Below are positions 1 to 9,492 of a DNA stretch of 16,806 bases, in pieces. Under the pieces are notes generated by a model. That model did no database searches and was not told where the DNA came from. It worked only from the letters and a program-made list of their open reading frames with translations. The DNA is from an uncultured Chloroflexia bacterium. GTDB lineage: Bacteria; Chloroflexota; UBA6077; JACCZL01. The position numbers and the translations under genes are program-made. Where the stretch lies: positions 1 to 16,806 of the forward strand of contig CAVXYC010000003.1 of assembly GCA_963765765.1 (NCBI GenBank). Direction: 5' to 3'. Numbering within the stretch: the stretch's first letter is position 1; each line of letters starts with the position of its first letter.

Positions 1-145
1 CTCGCTGAAGCTGGAGCCGCGTGAGTGATTCCAGTGGCAGTGCGCCGTCCCGGCGGGCAATCTCGGTCGCGGTTCTGGGCAGCAGAGGCTCGGACACCTT
101 CGGCTCGGTGGCGATCTCGCTTGCCACGAGTGGCCGCTTACTCAC
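1..145 (-). CDS. 5' end of a hypothetical protein running off the window edge (MSKRPLVASEIATEPKVSEPLLPRTATEIARRDG...)
   Basis: Frame is open from GTG 145-143 to position 1, with GGAG just upstream; same orientation as the upstream genes. No recognisable motif in 48 codons. Confidence 0.4.
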   Translation of the reverse strand, partial: MSKRPLVASEIATEPKVSEPLLPRTATEIARRDGALPLESLTRLQLQR

Positions 146-332
146 TGACTCCACGACTAACTCAATCAGCAGAAAGCGATGGATTCCGGCCGGCCGCCTT
201 TAACACCAGAGTTGCAGACCGCGACCGAAGAGCAGCCTGATCTAGACGGCCACGGTGGCCAGGACGATAGCGTGGCCGCTATTGGGCAGAAGTGCCTTTG
301 AGTAAAGCGAGTTGGCGGCTCGTCTCGGCCAG

Positions 333-1273
333 CTACGCCTGGTGGAGTCCGCGAGCCTGTCGCGAGCGAGCAATGAGCTGGCGTTCGTGGGCGCGAATCC
401 GTCGTGTTCGCGGAAGCTCCTTGAGATTCCAGCCCAAGGCATAGACAAAGATTGCGGCATTCGCTAGAAGATTGGACGGCCGCATCCGGCGCGTGATGGC
501 GTTGCTTGTGTCGACTTCGAGAAATGGATTGAATGCCAGACTCGCTGTAGCCAGCGTGATCCGCAGGCTGGTCATCAGGTCCGCGGTCTTGTAGTAGAAG
601 CGCAGGTTGTTGCGCATAGCCAGCTTCGAGGCGCGCAGCTTGACGCCGCCGAAGAAGCCGCCGGAGGTAATGCCACCGGGATCTCGCAGTTGAGCAGATG
701 GTCGCCGGCCTGCATCGCGCGCCACTGGAAGTCGTTCTCCTCGGCGTAGGCGAAGTAGACCTCGTCGATCAGGCCAACGCGGCGGTAGATTTCGGTCCGG
801 GCGATCATCGCGCCGCCCTTGACGTTGTCCGTCTCCAGACGCGCGGGGACTTGAGCGTCTTGCAGATGCGCTCGAACTCGTCCTCGTCGCCGCGCACGCC
901 ATCGCCGATCACGGTGAAGCCGAGCATCGCCGCGTCCGGGTGCGCCGCCAGCACGTCGAGCGACATCCGCACCCAGCGCGGGTGGTACTTCATGTCGTTG
1001 TTGAAGATACCGACGTACTCGGCGCCATTCTGGAGCGCCCACTTGATGCCGGTATTGCAGGCCGCGGCCGTGCCCCGATTGCGCCCGTGCTCAAGCACGG
1101 TCACTTGTGGGAATTGCTCCCGGGCGTAGGCGATACGAGTCGTCGGTCGAGCCATCGTCCACCACGATCACTTTGAAGTTCGGCCAATCGGTGGCCAGCA
1201 TCGACGGCACCGAGTAGGGCAGGTGCTCCAGCCCGTTGTAGTTGGTGATGACAGCGCACACGAGCGGCTCCAT
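333..1273 (-). CDS. Glycosyltransferase family 2, ~313 aa after repairing 3 frameshifts (~1135, ~835, ~670)
   Basis: Stitched from four ORFs: MEPLVCAVITNYNG...VIVVDDGSTDDS / NRGTAAACNTGIKWA...YVGIFNND / GGAMIARTEIYRRVGLIDEVYFAYAEENDFQWRA / RNNLRFYYK...HQA*. These are GT2 motifs in canonical order. ATG 1273 lies 5 nt after the SDR stop. Confidence 0.9.
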
Positions 1274-1278
1274 CGGGC

Positions 1279-2153
1279 TTAGCCGATCAGCGAGCGCGAG
1301 AAGCCGCCGTCTACGTTGACGGCGGCGCCGTTGACGTAGGAGGCGCGCTCCGAGCACAGGAAGACGATCACGCTGGCGATCTCCTCCGGCAGGGCCAGCC
1401 GACCCATCGGGCGGTAGGGCGCGCGGTCGTACTTCTGGAGGATCTCGGCAGGGTCCGTGCTCAGGCGGCGGGCCACCGTCTCGGCCATATCGCGCGCCAG
1501 CTCGGTGGCGGTGGTACCGGGGCAGACGCTGTTGACCAGGATGTTGTCGTTCAGCAGGTCGGCGGCCAGGCAGTTGGCCAGCGCGATCTCGGCCGACTTG
1601 GTCACGTGGTACTCCCACTGATTGGCGCCGCGCTGCCCGGCCACCAATCGACGAGACGAGTACGATCCGCCCCCAGCCGTTGCGGCGCAAATGCGGCAGC
1701 GCCGCGTGGACCAGCCAGATCGGCGCCCGGACATTGACCGTGTGCGAGTATTCCCAGTCGGCCTCGGTCGCGTCGTCGAAGCCGTAGGGCACGCTCCAGC
1801 TGCCCTGCTCATCGACTTTGAGAGGAACCTGGTTCGGATCGTGCGTCCGGTAGCGCTCGGCCATCACCGACGAACCGGCGTTATGAACGACGATGTCCAG
1901 CCTGCCGAACGTCTCCACGGTTTGCTGGACAAGCCGCTCGATCTCCTCGCGCCAGGGTGATGTCGGCCTGCGTCGCCAGCACCTTGGCGTCAAGCGCCTG
2001 CAGCTCCGCTTCGGCCACCAGCAGGCCCTCGCCGCCGCGCGCGCCAATGCTGACTCGGCAGCCCTCCTCGGCGAACATGCGCGCCGTGGCCAGGCCGATG
2101 CCCTTGCTGCCGCCGGTGATCAGCGCGACGCGACCGCGAATAGACAGGTCCAT
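1279..2153 (-). CDS. Classical (FabG-like) SDR oxidoreductase, ~290 aa after repairing 2 single-base insertions (~1955, ~1645)
   Basis: TGGSKGIG Rossmann motif, GRLDIVVHNAG, GRIVLVSS, catalytic YHVTK (1597-1611), VNSVCPG and C-terminal YVNGAAVNVDGG. The ATG overlaps the cupin stop (TAATG, 2151-2155). Confidence 0.9.
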
Positions 2154-2581
2154 TATGTGTGCCTCACGGGAGCGGGGTCGACCACCTCGGGGAACGTGTC
2201 GGCATCGGCCGGGTCGTACTCCTCGCTGATGTAGCCGACGACAACCAGTGCCTCATCGCCCGAGTTGACGATCGCATGGGTCTGGCCGGGCGGCACGTGG
2301 ATTGTCGCCGGGTTCTCGGCGTCCAGCGGATGGGTGGTCTGCTCGCCGTTCGTGCGATCGCGCAAGACCAACTCGCCCTTGCCATGGACGGCCACGAACC
2401 ACTCGTGCTTGCGGGTGTGGTAGTGATTGCCCTTGACGAAGCCCGGGTGGGCGGCGGTCACGTAGAGCTGACCGAAGGTCCGCTCCGGTAGGTGTCCGCC
2501 GCGCAGCAGCTCCACCACCCAGCCGCGCTGGTCGCGATGCATCTCCAGCGGCCGCACGTCCGGCTCAGATCTCGCTGACAT
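2153..2581 (-). CDS. Stand-alone cupin resembling the C-terminal epimerase domain of CapF/WbjC
   Basis: Intact 142-aa ORF with HRDQRG, GQLYV..HPG..KGNHYHTRKHEWF, VPPGQTHAIVNSG and EEYDPADADTF. GGAGG SD at 2588-2592; overlaps the dehydratase end by 17 nt. Confidence 0.85.
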   Translation of the reverse strand: MSARSEPDVRPLEMHRDQRGWVVELLRGGHLPERTFGQLYVTAAHPGFVKGNHYHTRKHEWFVAVHGKGELVLRDRTNGEQTTHPLDAENPATIHVPPGQTHAIVNSGDEALVVVGYISEEYDPADADTFPEVVDPAPVRHT

Positions 2582-3587
2582 ACGCCACCTCCGTCGGCGC
2601 GAGCCAGCCCTCGCGCTCGAGGATCTCGGCTAGCTCGGCCTTGTTGAGCAGATAGGTGTTAGCCGAGGTGTACTCCGCCATGCTGACCCGTGGCCGCTCG
2701 GCGTAGGCCGCACGCATCCGCTCGGAGAAGAGCTGCGGCAGGATGATGAAGGTATCGCCGTGGTCCACCGTGCGCTGTGCCTCCTCTTCCGAGACGAGCA
2801 CCTCGTGCATCTTCTCACCAGGCCGCGTGCCCACCTCCTGGATCGGCACACGGCCGTTGGGCGAAAGCCGCTCGACCAGCACCTCGGCCAGGTCGATCAC
2901 CCACGCGGCCGGCCCCTTGAGGACGAAGATCTCGCCGCCGTGGCTGTGCTCGAGCGCCTGGAAGATCAGGCTGGTGGCCTGCTCCAGGCTGATGATAAAG
3001 CGGGTCATCTCCGGCACGGTCACCGTCACCGGACGGCCCTGGCGGATCTGGCTGCGGAAGAGCGGGATCACCGAGCCGCGTGAGCCAAGCACGTTTCCAT
3101 AGCGGACGCACGCCACGGTAGGGCCCAATCCGTCCAAGCCGGCCGCGACGATCAGGCGCTCCTGCAGGGACTTAGTAATACCCATGACATTGACCGGCTT
3201 CACGGCCTTGTCCGTGCTGATCGCGATGAGTCGTTCGACGCCCGCCTCCCGCGCGACCTCGATGACGTTATTGGCACCCAGCACATTTGTCTTGATCGCT
3301 TCCATGGGCGCGTATTCGCACGACGGTACCTGCTTGAGCGCCGCGGCGTGAAAAACAACGTCCACGCCACGCATAGCTGGTTGGAGGGACGCGGTATCGC
3401 GGACATCGCCGAGCATGAAGCGCAGCCTCTGCACGTCGCCATACGCATGGCGCATGTCATCTTGCTTCTTCTCGTCGCGCGAGAAGACACGAATCTCCTT
3501 CACGCCGCGCCGGACGAGCTCACGCACAGTGTACTGGCCGAAGGATCCTGTCCCGCCCGTAACCAGCACGACCTTGTTTTCTAGCAT
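2565..3587 (-). CDS. fnlA: Soluble UDP-GlcNAc 4,6-dehydratase/5-epimerase, CapE/WbjB/FnlA type (Polysacc_synt_2)
   Basis: Intact 340-aa ORF with TGGTGSFG, FSRDEKKQDDMR, HAAALKQVPSCE, STDKAVKPVNVMGITK (Met replaces the SDR Tyr, as in CapE), VRYGNVLGSRGSVIP, MTRF and RPGEKMHE. No N-terminal membrane domain. Confidence 0.9.
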   Translation of the reverse strand: MLENKVVLVTGGTGSFGQYTVRELVRRGVKEIRVFSRDEKKQDDMRHAYGDVQRLRFMLGDVRDTASLQPAMRGVDVVFHAAALKQVPSCEYAPMEAIKTNVLGANNVIEVAREAGVERLIAISTDKAVKPVNVMGITKSLQERLIVAAGLDGLGPTVACVRYGNVLGSRGSVIPLFRSQIRQGRPVTVTVPEMTRFIISLEQATSLIFQALEHSHGGEIFVLKGPAAWVIDLAEVLVERLSPNGRVPIQEVGTRPGEKMHEVLVSEEEAQRTVDHGDTFIILPQLFSERMRAAYAERPRVSMAEYTSANTYLLNKAELAEILEREGWLAPTEVAYVSEI

Positions 3588-3592
3588 CCAAT

Positions 3593-3598
3593 CTCCTT
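3593..3598 (-). promoter_or_regulatory. Shine-Dalgarno site of the dehydratase gene
   Basis: AAGGAG 5 nt upstream of ATG 3587. Confidence 0.75.
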
Positions 3599-3680
3599 CA
3601 CGATGTGCGCCGCTAAGGATGCCCCGAATGGGGGAGCCTACGCCAGCCTGTGACCCACTAGGCCACCCTATGAATCATGC

Positions 3681-5023
3681 TCAGACTCCATCCGCGGTCG
3701 GCCCGCGCGAACGAGTCACGCCATGCTTCACTAGCTGCGCATACCAGCCGATCTCCCGCCAGCCCGGTATGAGCGCTGCCACGGGTGATCGCGAGTGTTT
3801 GAGATACAGTGCAGCCATGATACAGGCGCCCAACACGTATGCGATGGAGAGTCCAGCTGAGGCCCCGGTGATTCCGAGCCACTGTATAAGCGTAATCTGA
3901 AGCAGGCTCGCAAGGATGAGATTGAACCAGGCGACCAGCGACGGCGTCCCGAACCGCTTCACCGAGACGAAATACCCGGAGAGCAGCTGAGTAATCCCGT
4001 GCGCCACGACACAGGGCAAGGCCACGACTAACGGTTCGTACGAAGGCAGAAAGCCCTGGCCGTAAAGCAGAATGATTCCGCCCGGCCCACCACTAGGAGC
4101 GTGAGCGCCGCGGCAAGGAGCCACAGCAGCGTGTGGCGGCACACGGAGCCCGGTGATCTCGGCGATGTCGCTGGACTGATCGCCGAACTGAGCCAGCTCC
4201 GTCTGGAGGACCACGCGGGTCGCAAGTGATACGAAGAGTGTCCAGCGCGCCAAGCCGAGCCCGGTCGTGTACCAGCCCACTGCCTCAAGGCCCACCATGC
4301 TGTTGACGATGAACACGCCAATCTCCGCCGCGAGAAACGCGGCTATCATCCCAAGCTGCACCGAATTACCGGCGCGCGCGACGGTTTTCGCGAGCGAGCG
4401 GTTGAAGGACCACGGCCAGCCATTGCGGCGCAGCAGGACACCCACACTGACGAGCGCGGCCAGCATCTCCGCGCCAACGTACGCATACATAGCCATCTTG
4501 ATTGGCTCGGAGACCGGCAGGAACACGATGGCCGTGAGCAGGCACAGCGCCCCCGCGCGCAGTACGGTGAGCGCGTTGTACGCCACCAGGTCACCCTGGA
4601 GCTGAATCACCCGGCTTGAGAACTGAAAGCTCAAACTGAATGCCGTGGAAGCAACTGCGACGGTCAGGAGTGGCAGCTCCACGCCGCGGAACGCGCTGTC
4701 CGTGAACGCTAGATACAAGGCGGGTAGGAGCAGCAGCGCCAACACACCGGAGCCGATGGCGATGACCTGCGTGGTTCCAGCCAGCGACCGCGCCGGGTGT
4801 TCGGGTCGATTCACATAGCTCAGGAGCACTTCGGGCACGCCCCATTGAGCCAGCGCGGCAATCACGCCTGCCGCGCGTAGAGCGACGCTATAGGCGCCCT
4901 TCCCCTCCGTTCCAAGCACCGGGCGATGATGACGCTCGTGACTAGGGCAAAGCCGAAACTCACGATGAGCGCGCCAAAGCTCAAGACGCTGCCCCGGACG
5001 ATCCGCCCACGACGCGCGCTCAC
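3681..5023 (-). CDS. wzx: Wzx-type polysaccharide flippase, ~447 aa after repairing frameshifts at ~4920, ~4150 and ~4085
   Basis: GTG 5023 gives MSARRGRIVRGSVLSFGALIVSFGFALVTSVIIAR, continuing into VLGTEGKGAYS; also has GLEAVGWY, LLYGQGF and WLGITGASAGLSIAY with many hydrophobic segments. Between ~4150 and ~4085 the alternative frame restores a TM helix (SVCRHTLLWLLAAALTLLVVG). Confidence 0.85.
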
Positions 5024-5735
5024 GTGACGCTCACAGAAATGTCGGAACTACCATGCATACACCGGACAAGCTTCCAACGGCGACTGGTACCTGAGAACCC
5101 CTGGCGTGGCACTCGCGCGGCGCGGTCTCCGCATACCATCGAGCGAAAGCGCGGGAGCCCCAGGTGCTCGTATGAGCCTGTGGGCTTCGCGTCCCCGTGT
5201 ACCCAGACGCGGTAGGTGTACTGGGAGCGCCAAACCGGTCTTCCTTCACGATGCGATAGCGGGTGTGGAGATAATCGTCAACCTGAACGATGCCGCGGCT
5301 AATGTTCTCATAATGCGTCATGTCCGCAACGACAACGGGCAAGCTCTGTGTCTGCATGCGGTCGATCATGTGCTGCTGATCGATGGACAACTCCCAGAGG
5401 CCCGGCATGAGAAATACCTGGCCCGCGCCAAACGGTCAATCCGAGGAGTAAAACAACTCGGGTGCGAAAGAGTCGGACGGATTCGTATAGCTGTTGACCC
5501 ACCGAGCCAGGGCGTGATCCGCCGCTGCCGACTACGTCCCAGGCATCGATCGGTGGCGAAGTTGCCAGCAGTCCGTCGTTGCTCTGACCTGGCTAAATAG
5601 TCCCATGGGACCTCGCTGGCCCGCGGCGCGGATTCCATCGGGCGGGGTCATAAAAACTGACCGGCGAGAACGTGCCGATACTCACCCACGTGAAATGAGC
5701 AATAGTGCCGCGACAGCCAGGTGACCGACCGGGCC
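5020..5735 (-). pseudogene. Decayed 3' fragment of a membrane-protein gene (probable GT-C-associated extracytoplasmic tail)
   Basis: Protein-like pieces in shifting frames: LAVAALLL/TWVSIGTF, LATSPPIDAW, LARWVNSYTNPSDSFAPELFYSSD*PFGAGQVFLMPGLW...DDYLHTRYRIV, YTYRVWVHGDAKPTGSYEHLGLPRF. In-frame TGA at 5436-5438. The last frame stops at 5020-5022, overlapping the wzx start (GTGA). The family call is pattern recognition, not a search result. Confidence 0.55.
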
Positions 5736-6071
5736 GAGCATCGACGACGGTAAACCCTGAAGTACCGAGCCCGCCAGTAGCGGAGCAAGCGCCAGACAGG
5801 CCGCGCCCAGGACCAAGGACGTCGTGACGACCAGTGACAGCGCGGAGCCAATGACCGCCGCCGACTGAGCACCGCCTCTACCAAGTGAGCCGAGCATGAC
5901 CTCCGGAATGCCCCTGGGCGACGGCGACGACGATACCCGCGGTCCGGACGGCCAGCGCATACGCGGCTCGTCCTTCGACACCGAGCAACCGGCTGATGAA
6001 CATTCCGGCGACTAGCCAGAAGCCAAGCGTCAGCAGGCTATCAACGCTGGCCCGAGCGAATCGACTTACAT
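5736..6071 (-). pseudogene. Truncated 5' fragment (~110 codons) of a second Wzx flippase
   Basis: ISRLLGVEGRAAYALAVRTAGIVVAVAQ/GIPEVML aligns by eye with the intact wzx IARVLGTEGKGAYSVALRAAGVIAALAQWGVPEVLL. Frameshift at ~5913; no clean in-frame start (ATG 6071 is followed by TAA); similarity ends near 5740. Confidence 0.75.
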
Positions 6072-6331
6072 GAAACTGGGGCTCTTGGCAATAGGGTTCG
6101 TCGAAGTTTCGGGCTGCGTGGCTGCCTGACGATTCACCGAATGCTACGGTCGTCCGAACCCCCGGAAGCCCTGCGCTGCTCACGCTCGGTGGCTCCGGAT
6201 CGAACAGGTTCCTGACCCGCCTGCCTGGGTCCGGTAGCCTTCGGTGCCATGGTGCTGCTGGAGTTTCACGGGACCTCTGCGGCGCAGCCGTCCCGGAAGG
6301 GTGCAAGCGCCACCGGAGTACTTGAGGGTCG

Positions 6332-8495
6332 TCACTGAGCCGCCTGGACCGTCTGCCCAATGTCTGCCAGTCGATCTTGTATGGCAGGTTCCATGGGCGC
6401 GACCACGGAGGCTCGCCGATACCACTCCTGCGCTTGCGCTGGGTCCCCATGATCCCTGCAGAGGTCTCCAATTTCGAGATACGGCCAAGGCACGCTTGGA
6501 TATTGAGCAGCCAACTGCTCCATAGTGGCCGCGGCAACGTACTGGCCGTCCGTCTGCTCGACGGCAACTGCCAGGCCATGCCACGGCAAGCGCTCCGGTG
6601 GTGCCACGTGAATCGTTGAAACATTCACCTGTATCGCCGTTCGCCATTGGCTTCTTCGAAGCGCAGTGGCCCCCCAAGAGATTAGTTGTGGAGTTGCCCC
6701 AGCACGGGTCCATGCATCGATCGCTCTCGAGACATCGCCGTTATCGCGGTACAGGCGCCCGAGCTGAAACGTCGTACGTTTGTCATCAGGATCAGTCAGC
6801 GACTGCGCATCGTTGAGTAGTCGACGAGCGGCCGAGCGTTGCGATTGGACCGCGTGGACCACGGCGAGATTGCGGTACACGGCGAGGTTAGAAGGATCTC
6901 GTTCCATCGCATAGAGGAGGAGTTGTTCCGCGTCCGCCAGTCGTTCGTCGCGCTCCGCTCGCGGCCTATCCACACCAATGCTCGCCTTGGTGACCTCAAC
7001 GGCGCCTTGATTGAGATTCAATGCAGCTAGAAGTCGGTCCACGAAACTCATCCGCACTTCTGATGAAGATGCCGTGGACGGTGGCTGAGCGCGCACGAAT
7101 AGCGGCAAAGTGAACACGACACAAATGAGGCCTACGCCGACGACAGCGATCACCTTGGCCACTGAAGGTCGGGATAATACCGAACTCGATAGTGTCGTTT
7201 TGGTCTCGAGCTCGAGATGACCACCGGCCACGAGAAGCGCCAGAGCAGAGAAGAGCATAACCATGCCGATAGCCGTGAGCGCGACAATCTCGGTGAGCCC
7301 GGCCACAAGAAGCACGAGCAGGGCCCCGGATGGCCGACACGATGGCTGATCTGGCATCCGGGTAATTGATCCGAGAAAGCGTTCGCCACGCTGACACCAA
7401 GCCAATCAGCACGAGTCCGACGAGGCCGATGAGGCCGAGCGGACCTTGCTCCAGATACGTTTGGAGAAAGATATTGTGGGAGTGGCTGAAGCGCGGATCG
7501 ATGGGGATGAAATACGTCTCATAGATCTCCTGGACCGAACGAACGCCTAGGCCCACGCCCGTAAAGCGAAAATCGCCCAGAAGGAAAAACAAGTTGTCCC
7601 AGAACTCCACGCGCCGCTGTATGGAGCCGAGGTCGGTAATGGGACTGGAAAGCACACCTAGGAAGTGATGACCCGGCCCACTACCAGCGAGTGCTAGTCC
7701 GCTCATGATAAGCAGCACGCCCAGAGCGGTGGCTACCCCACCAACGAGAAGCCAGCGCATGCGTCCGGCAAAGAGGAGCACCGTTGCCACAGCCGCACTC
7801 AGCATTGCCCCGCGGTTTCCTGCCAACAAGAGAAACACGCCGAAGTAGAGCAACACCAGGCTGGCCAGCACACGTGTCTTGCGCGTTTGCGCGGTCATTA
7901 GCGGCCCCAGCGTCAGTCCGACGCCGAATGCCGAAAGCGTGCCCAGGCCCGAAGCGCGGAGTCGATACCGCTGCAGTACGTCATCCTGATCCAAAATGAG
8001 CTGGCGAATCGGCTCTAAAGCACCAGCCCATCCGATCAAGCCACTGGGCAAGCGATCGAGCGGAAGGAGGAATGGTGTGACCACTAAGAACATGATCGGC
8101 GTGGCGACAATAGTGATACCGAGCATGACACCGGCGACTCGCCTGGCGCCGTCTGGTGACGTCGCGGCCAGGAAAACCAGCGTGGACGCCGCGACGCCAG
8201 CCAGGATTCCGAACAGGCGGATTTCGGCGGCGCCAGGACGGATTGATATTGCATACCCTACCAGCGCGCCCGCGATGTACGGGGCTAATGAGAGCCAATA
8301 GGGCAACCCGGCACCCGCCCCGACCAGTGCACGGCCCCGACCAAGCAGAATAGCCGCGAGAGCTGCCAGCCCGATCCAGGCCGTTGGTAGTGGGGCTGTC
8401 AAGAGACCCACGAGGGCCACTACGGCTATCGTAAGCCAGACCTTCTGGCTGAAAGAGGGAGCTTCGTGTATCAACGGCAGAGCAGCTGAGGTCAT
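6332..8495 (-). CDS. O-antigen ligase-like (Wzy_C/WaaL family) membrane protein with C-terminal TPR repeats, ~720 aa after removing one inserted base at ~7330
   Basis: Multiple TM segments, GNRGAML, SIQRRVEFW...FTGVGLG and HSHNIFLQTYLEQGPLGL. The second frame continues ALLVLLVAGLTE and then TPR-like helices (AMERDPSNLAVYRNLA, FQLGRLYRDNGDVSRAIDAW, PWPYLEIGDLCRDHGDPAQAQEWYRRA). Confidence 0.85.
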
Positions 8496-9373
8496 GATCC
8501 TGAGGAAGTGAAGCGCAAATTCTTACGCCAGCCACGAACTGTTTCCTGGCGCGGAACTACGTATGCGCCACCTGCATCTCTCCGAGCACTAGGGTCAGCC
8601 TTCGGTTCGAGTTGCCCCGGCGTCTATTGTTGAGATAGTGCTCTGACCTCCGCGCATAGGGTCAATCGCTGCAGAGTTCACAGTAGGTTTCAGACGATTG
8701 CAGAGGCCTCGAGCAAATACTGCATCTCCCCGCACCACTTAGTATGCGGCCATCTGCTCGTCGAATTTAATTGGAGCTGGGTGCGATCGGGCCGTTAAGT
8801 TTCATCAGCGCGGGGAGTACAGAACTCGGCTGCCGAATCCGTCGATTCAAAATCTCTTTTCGTTTGATCCTACAGTATCAGGCATGAGTTGGGCGATCCC
8901 CCGAGGGAGTAGCTCCGGGTCTCCCCTCACTCACCCGCTGCACCTTAGAGGCGGTTAATCGCGGCTGGAGAGCACTACGAAATGTACATGGCTCGGACGG
9001 CGAACAGTTCCCGAGGGCGACGAGTCGATTCCACTGCTGGTGGCACCACGCGAACTCCGCACCAGGTATGGCTCGCCCTCGGTCGAGCCGGCACCGGACG
9101 TCTGCTTGCTGAGCTCTCCCCCACCCACTCCCCGCCTCGTCGGCTGCGATACTTGAGGTCACAGAAGTCACTCAGAGATCCGCACCGTGGGGCGAGGAGG
9201 ACCGAGCCCAGACTTGATCGTCGTCGTCCGCCGTCCAGGCTTCTACCCGGTGATTCTGGGCTCCATGCAAGTACCTCGGGGCAACGATGATCACAATTCC
9301 CCACTGACGCTTTGACGACCATCTAACTCAAATTAGGGGCGCCTTGAAGCCGCAGTGGCGGATGGTTGCCGCG

Positions 9374-9469
9374 CTGCAAACTTGGGTATCATCAACTCTC
9401 GAAGTAGTGACCGCCAAGCCTTGACTGAGCGGACGCTCGGCACTTGAGCCCACTTCCACCTGCAAACTT
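9374..9469 (+). repeat. Two copies of CTGCAAACTT (9374-9383 and 9460-9469) upstream of the plus-strand GT-C gene
   Basis: Exact 10-bp direct repeat read from the sequence; function unknown. Confidence 0.5.
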
Positions 9470-9492
9470 CTTACCATGCTACTGACTCGTTG

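Noticed and set aside
2565-3587. PseB/FlaA1 or PglF/WbpM/CapD assignment
   Set aside because: It has MxxxK rather than the YxxxK of PseB, lacks the membrane domain of PglF/WbpM/CapD, and neighbours a CapF-type cupin rather than an aminotransferase.
5436-5438. Selenocysteine or recoded TGA
   Set aside because: It lies in a truncated, multiply frameshifted fragment with no redox motif, and TGA is used as a normal stop in neighbouring genes.
5878-6624. 248-aa minus-strand ORF as a real gene
   Set aside because: Its first part is an alternative frame of the TPR region plus spacer; only the last ~60 codons belong to the wzx fragment.
8500-8800. c-di-GMP or other riboswitch ahead of the ligase gene
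   Set aside because: Hairpins are present but I could not match a known aptamer consensus.
8878-9322. Three overlapping 97-115 aa ORFs in the divergent spacer
   Set aside because: Arg/Pro/Ser-rich, no motifs or clear SD; typical of chance ORFs in GC-rich DNA.
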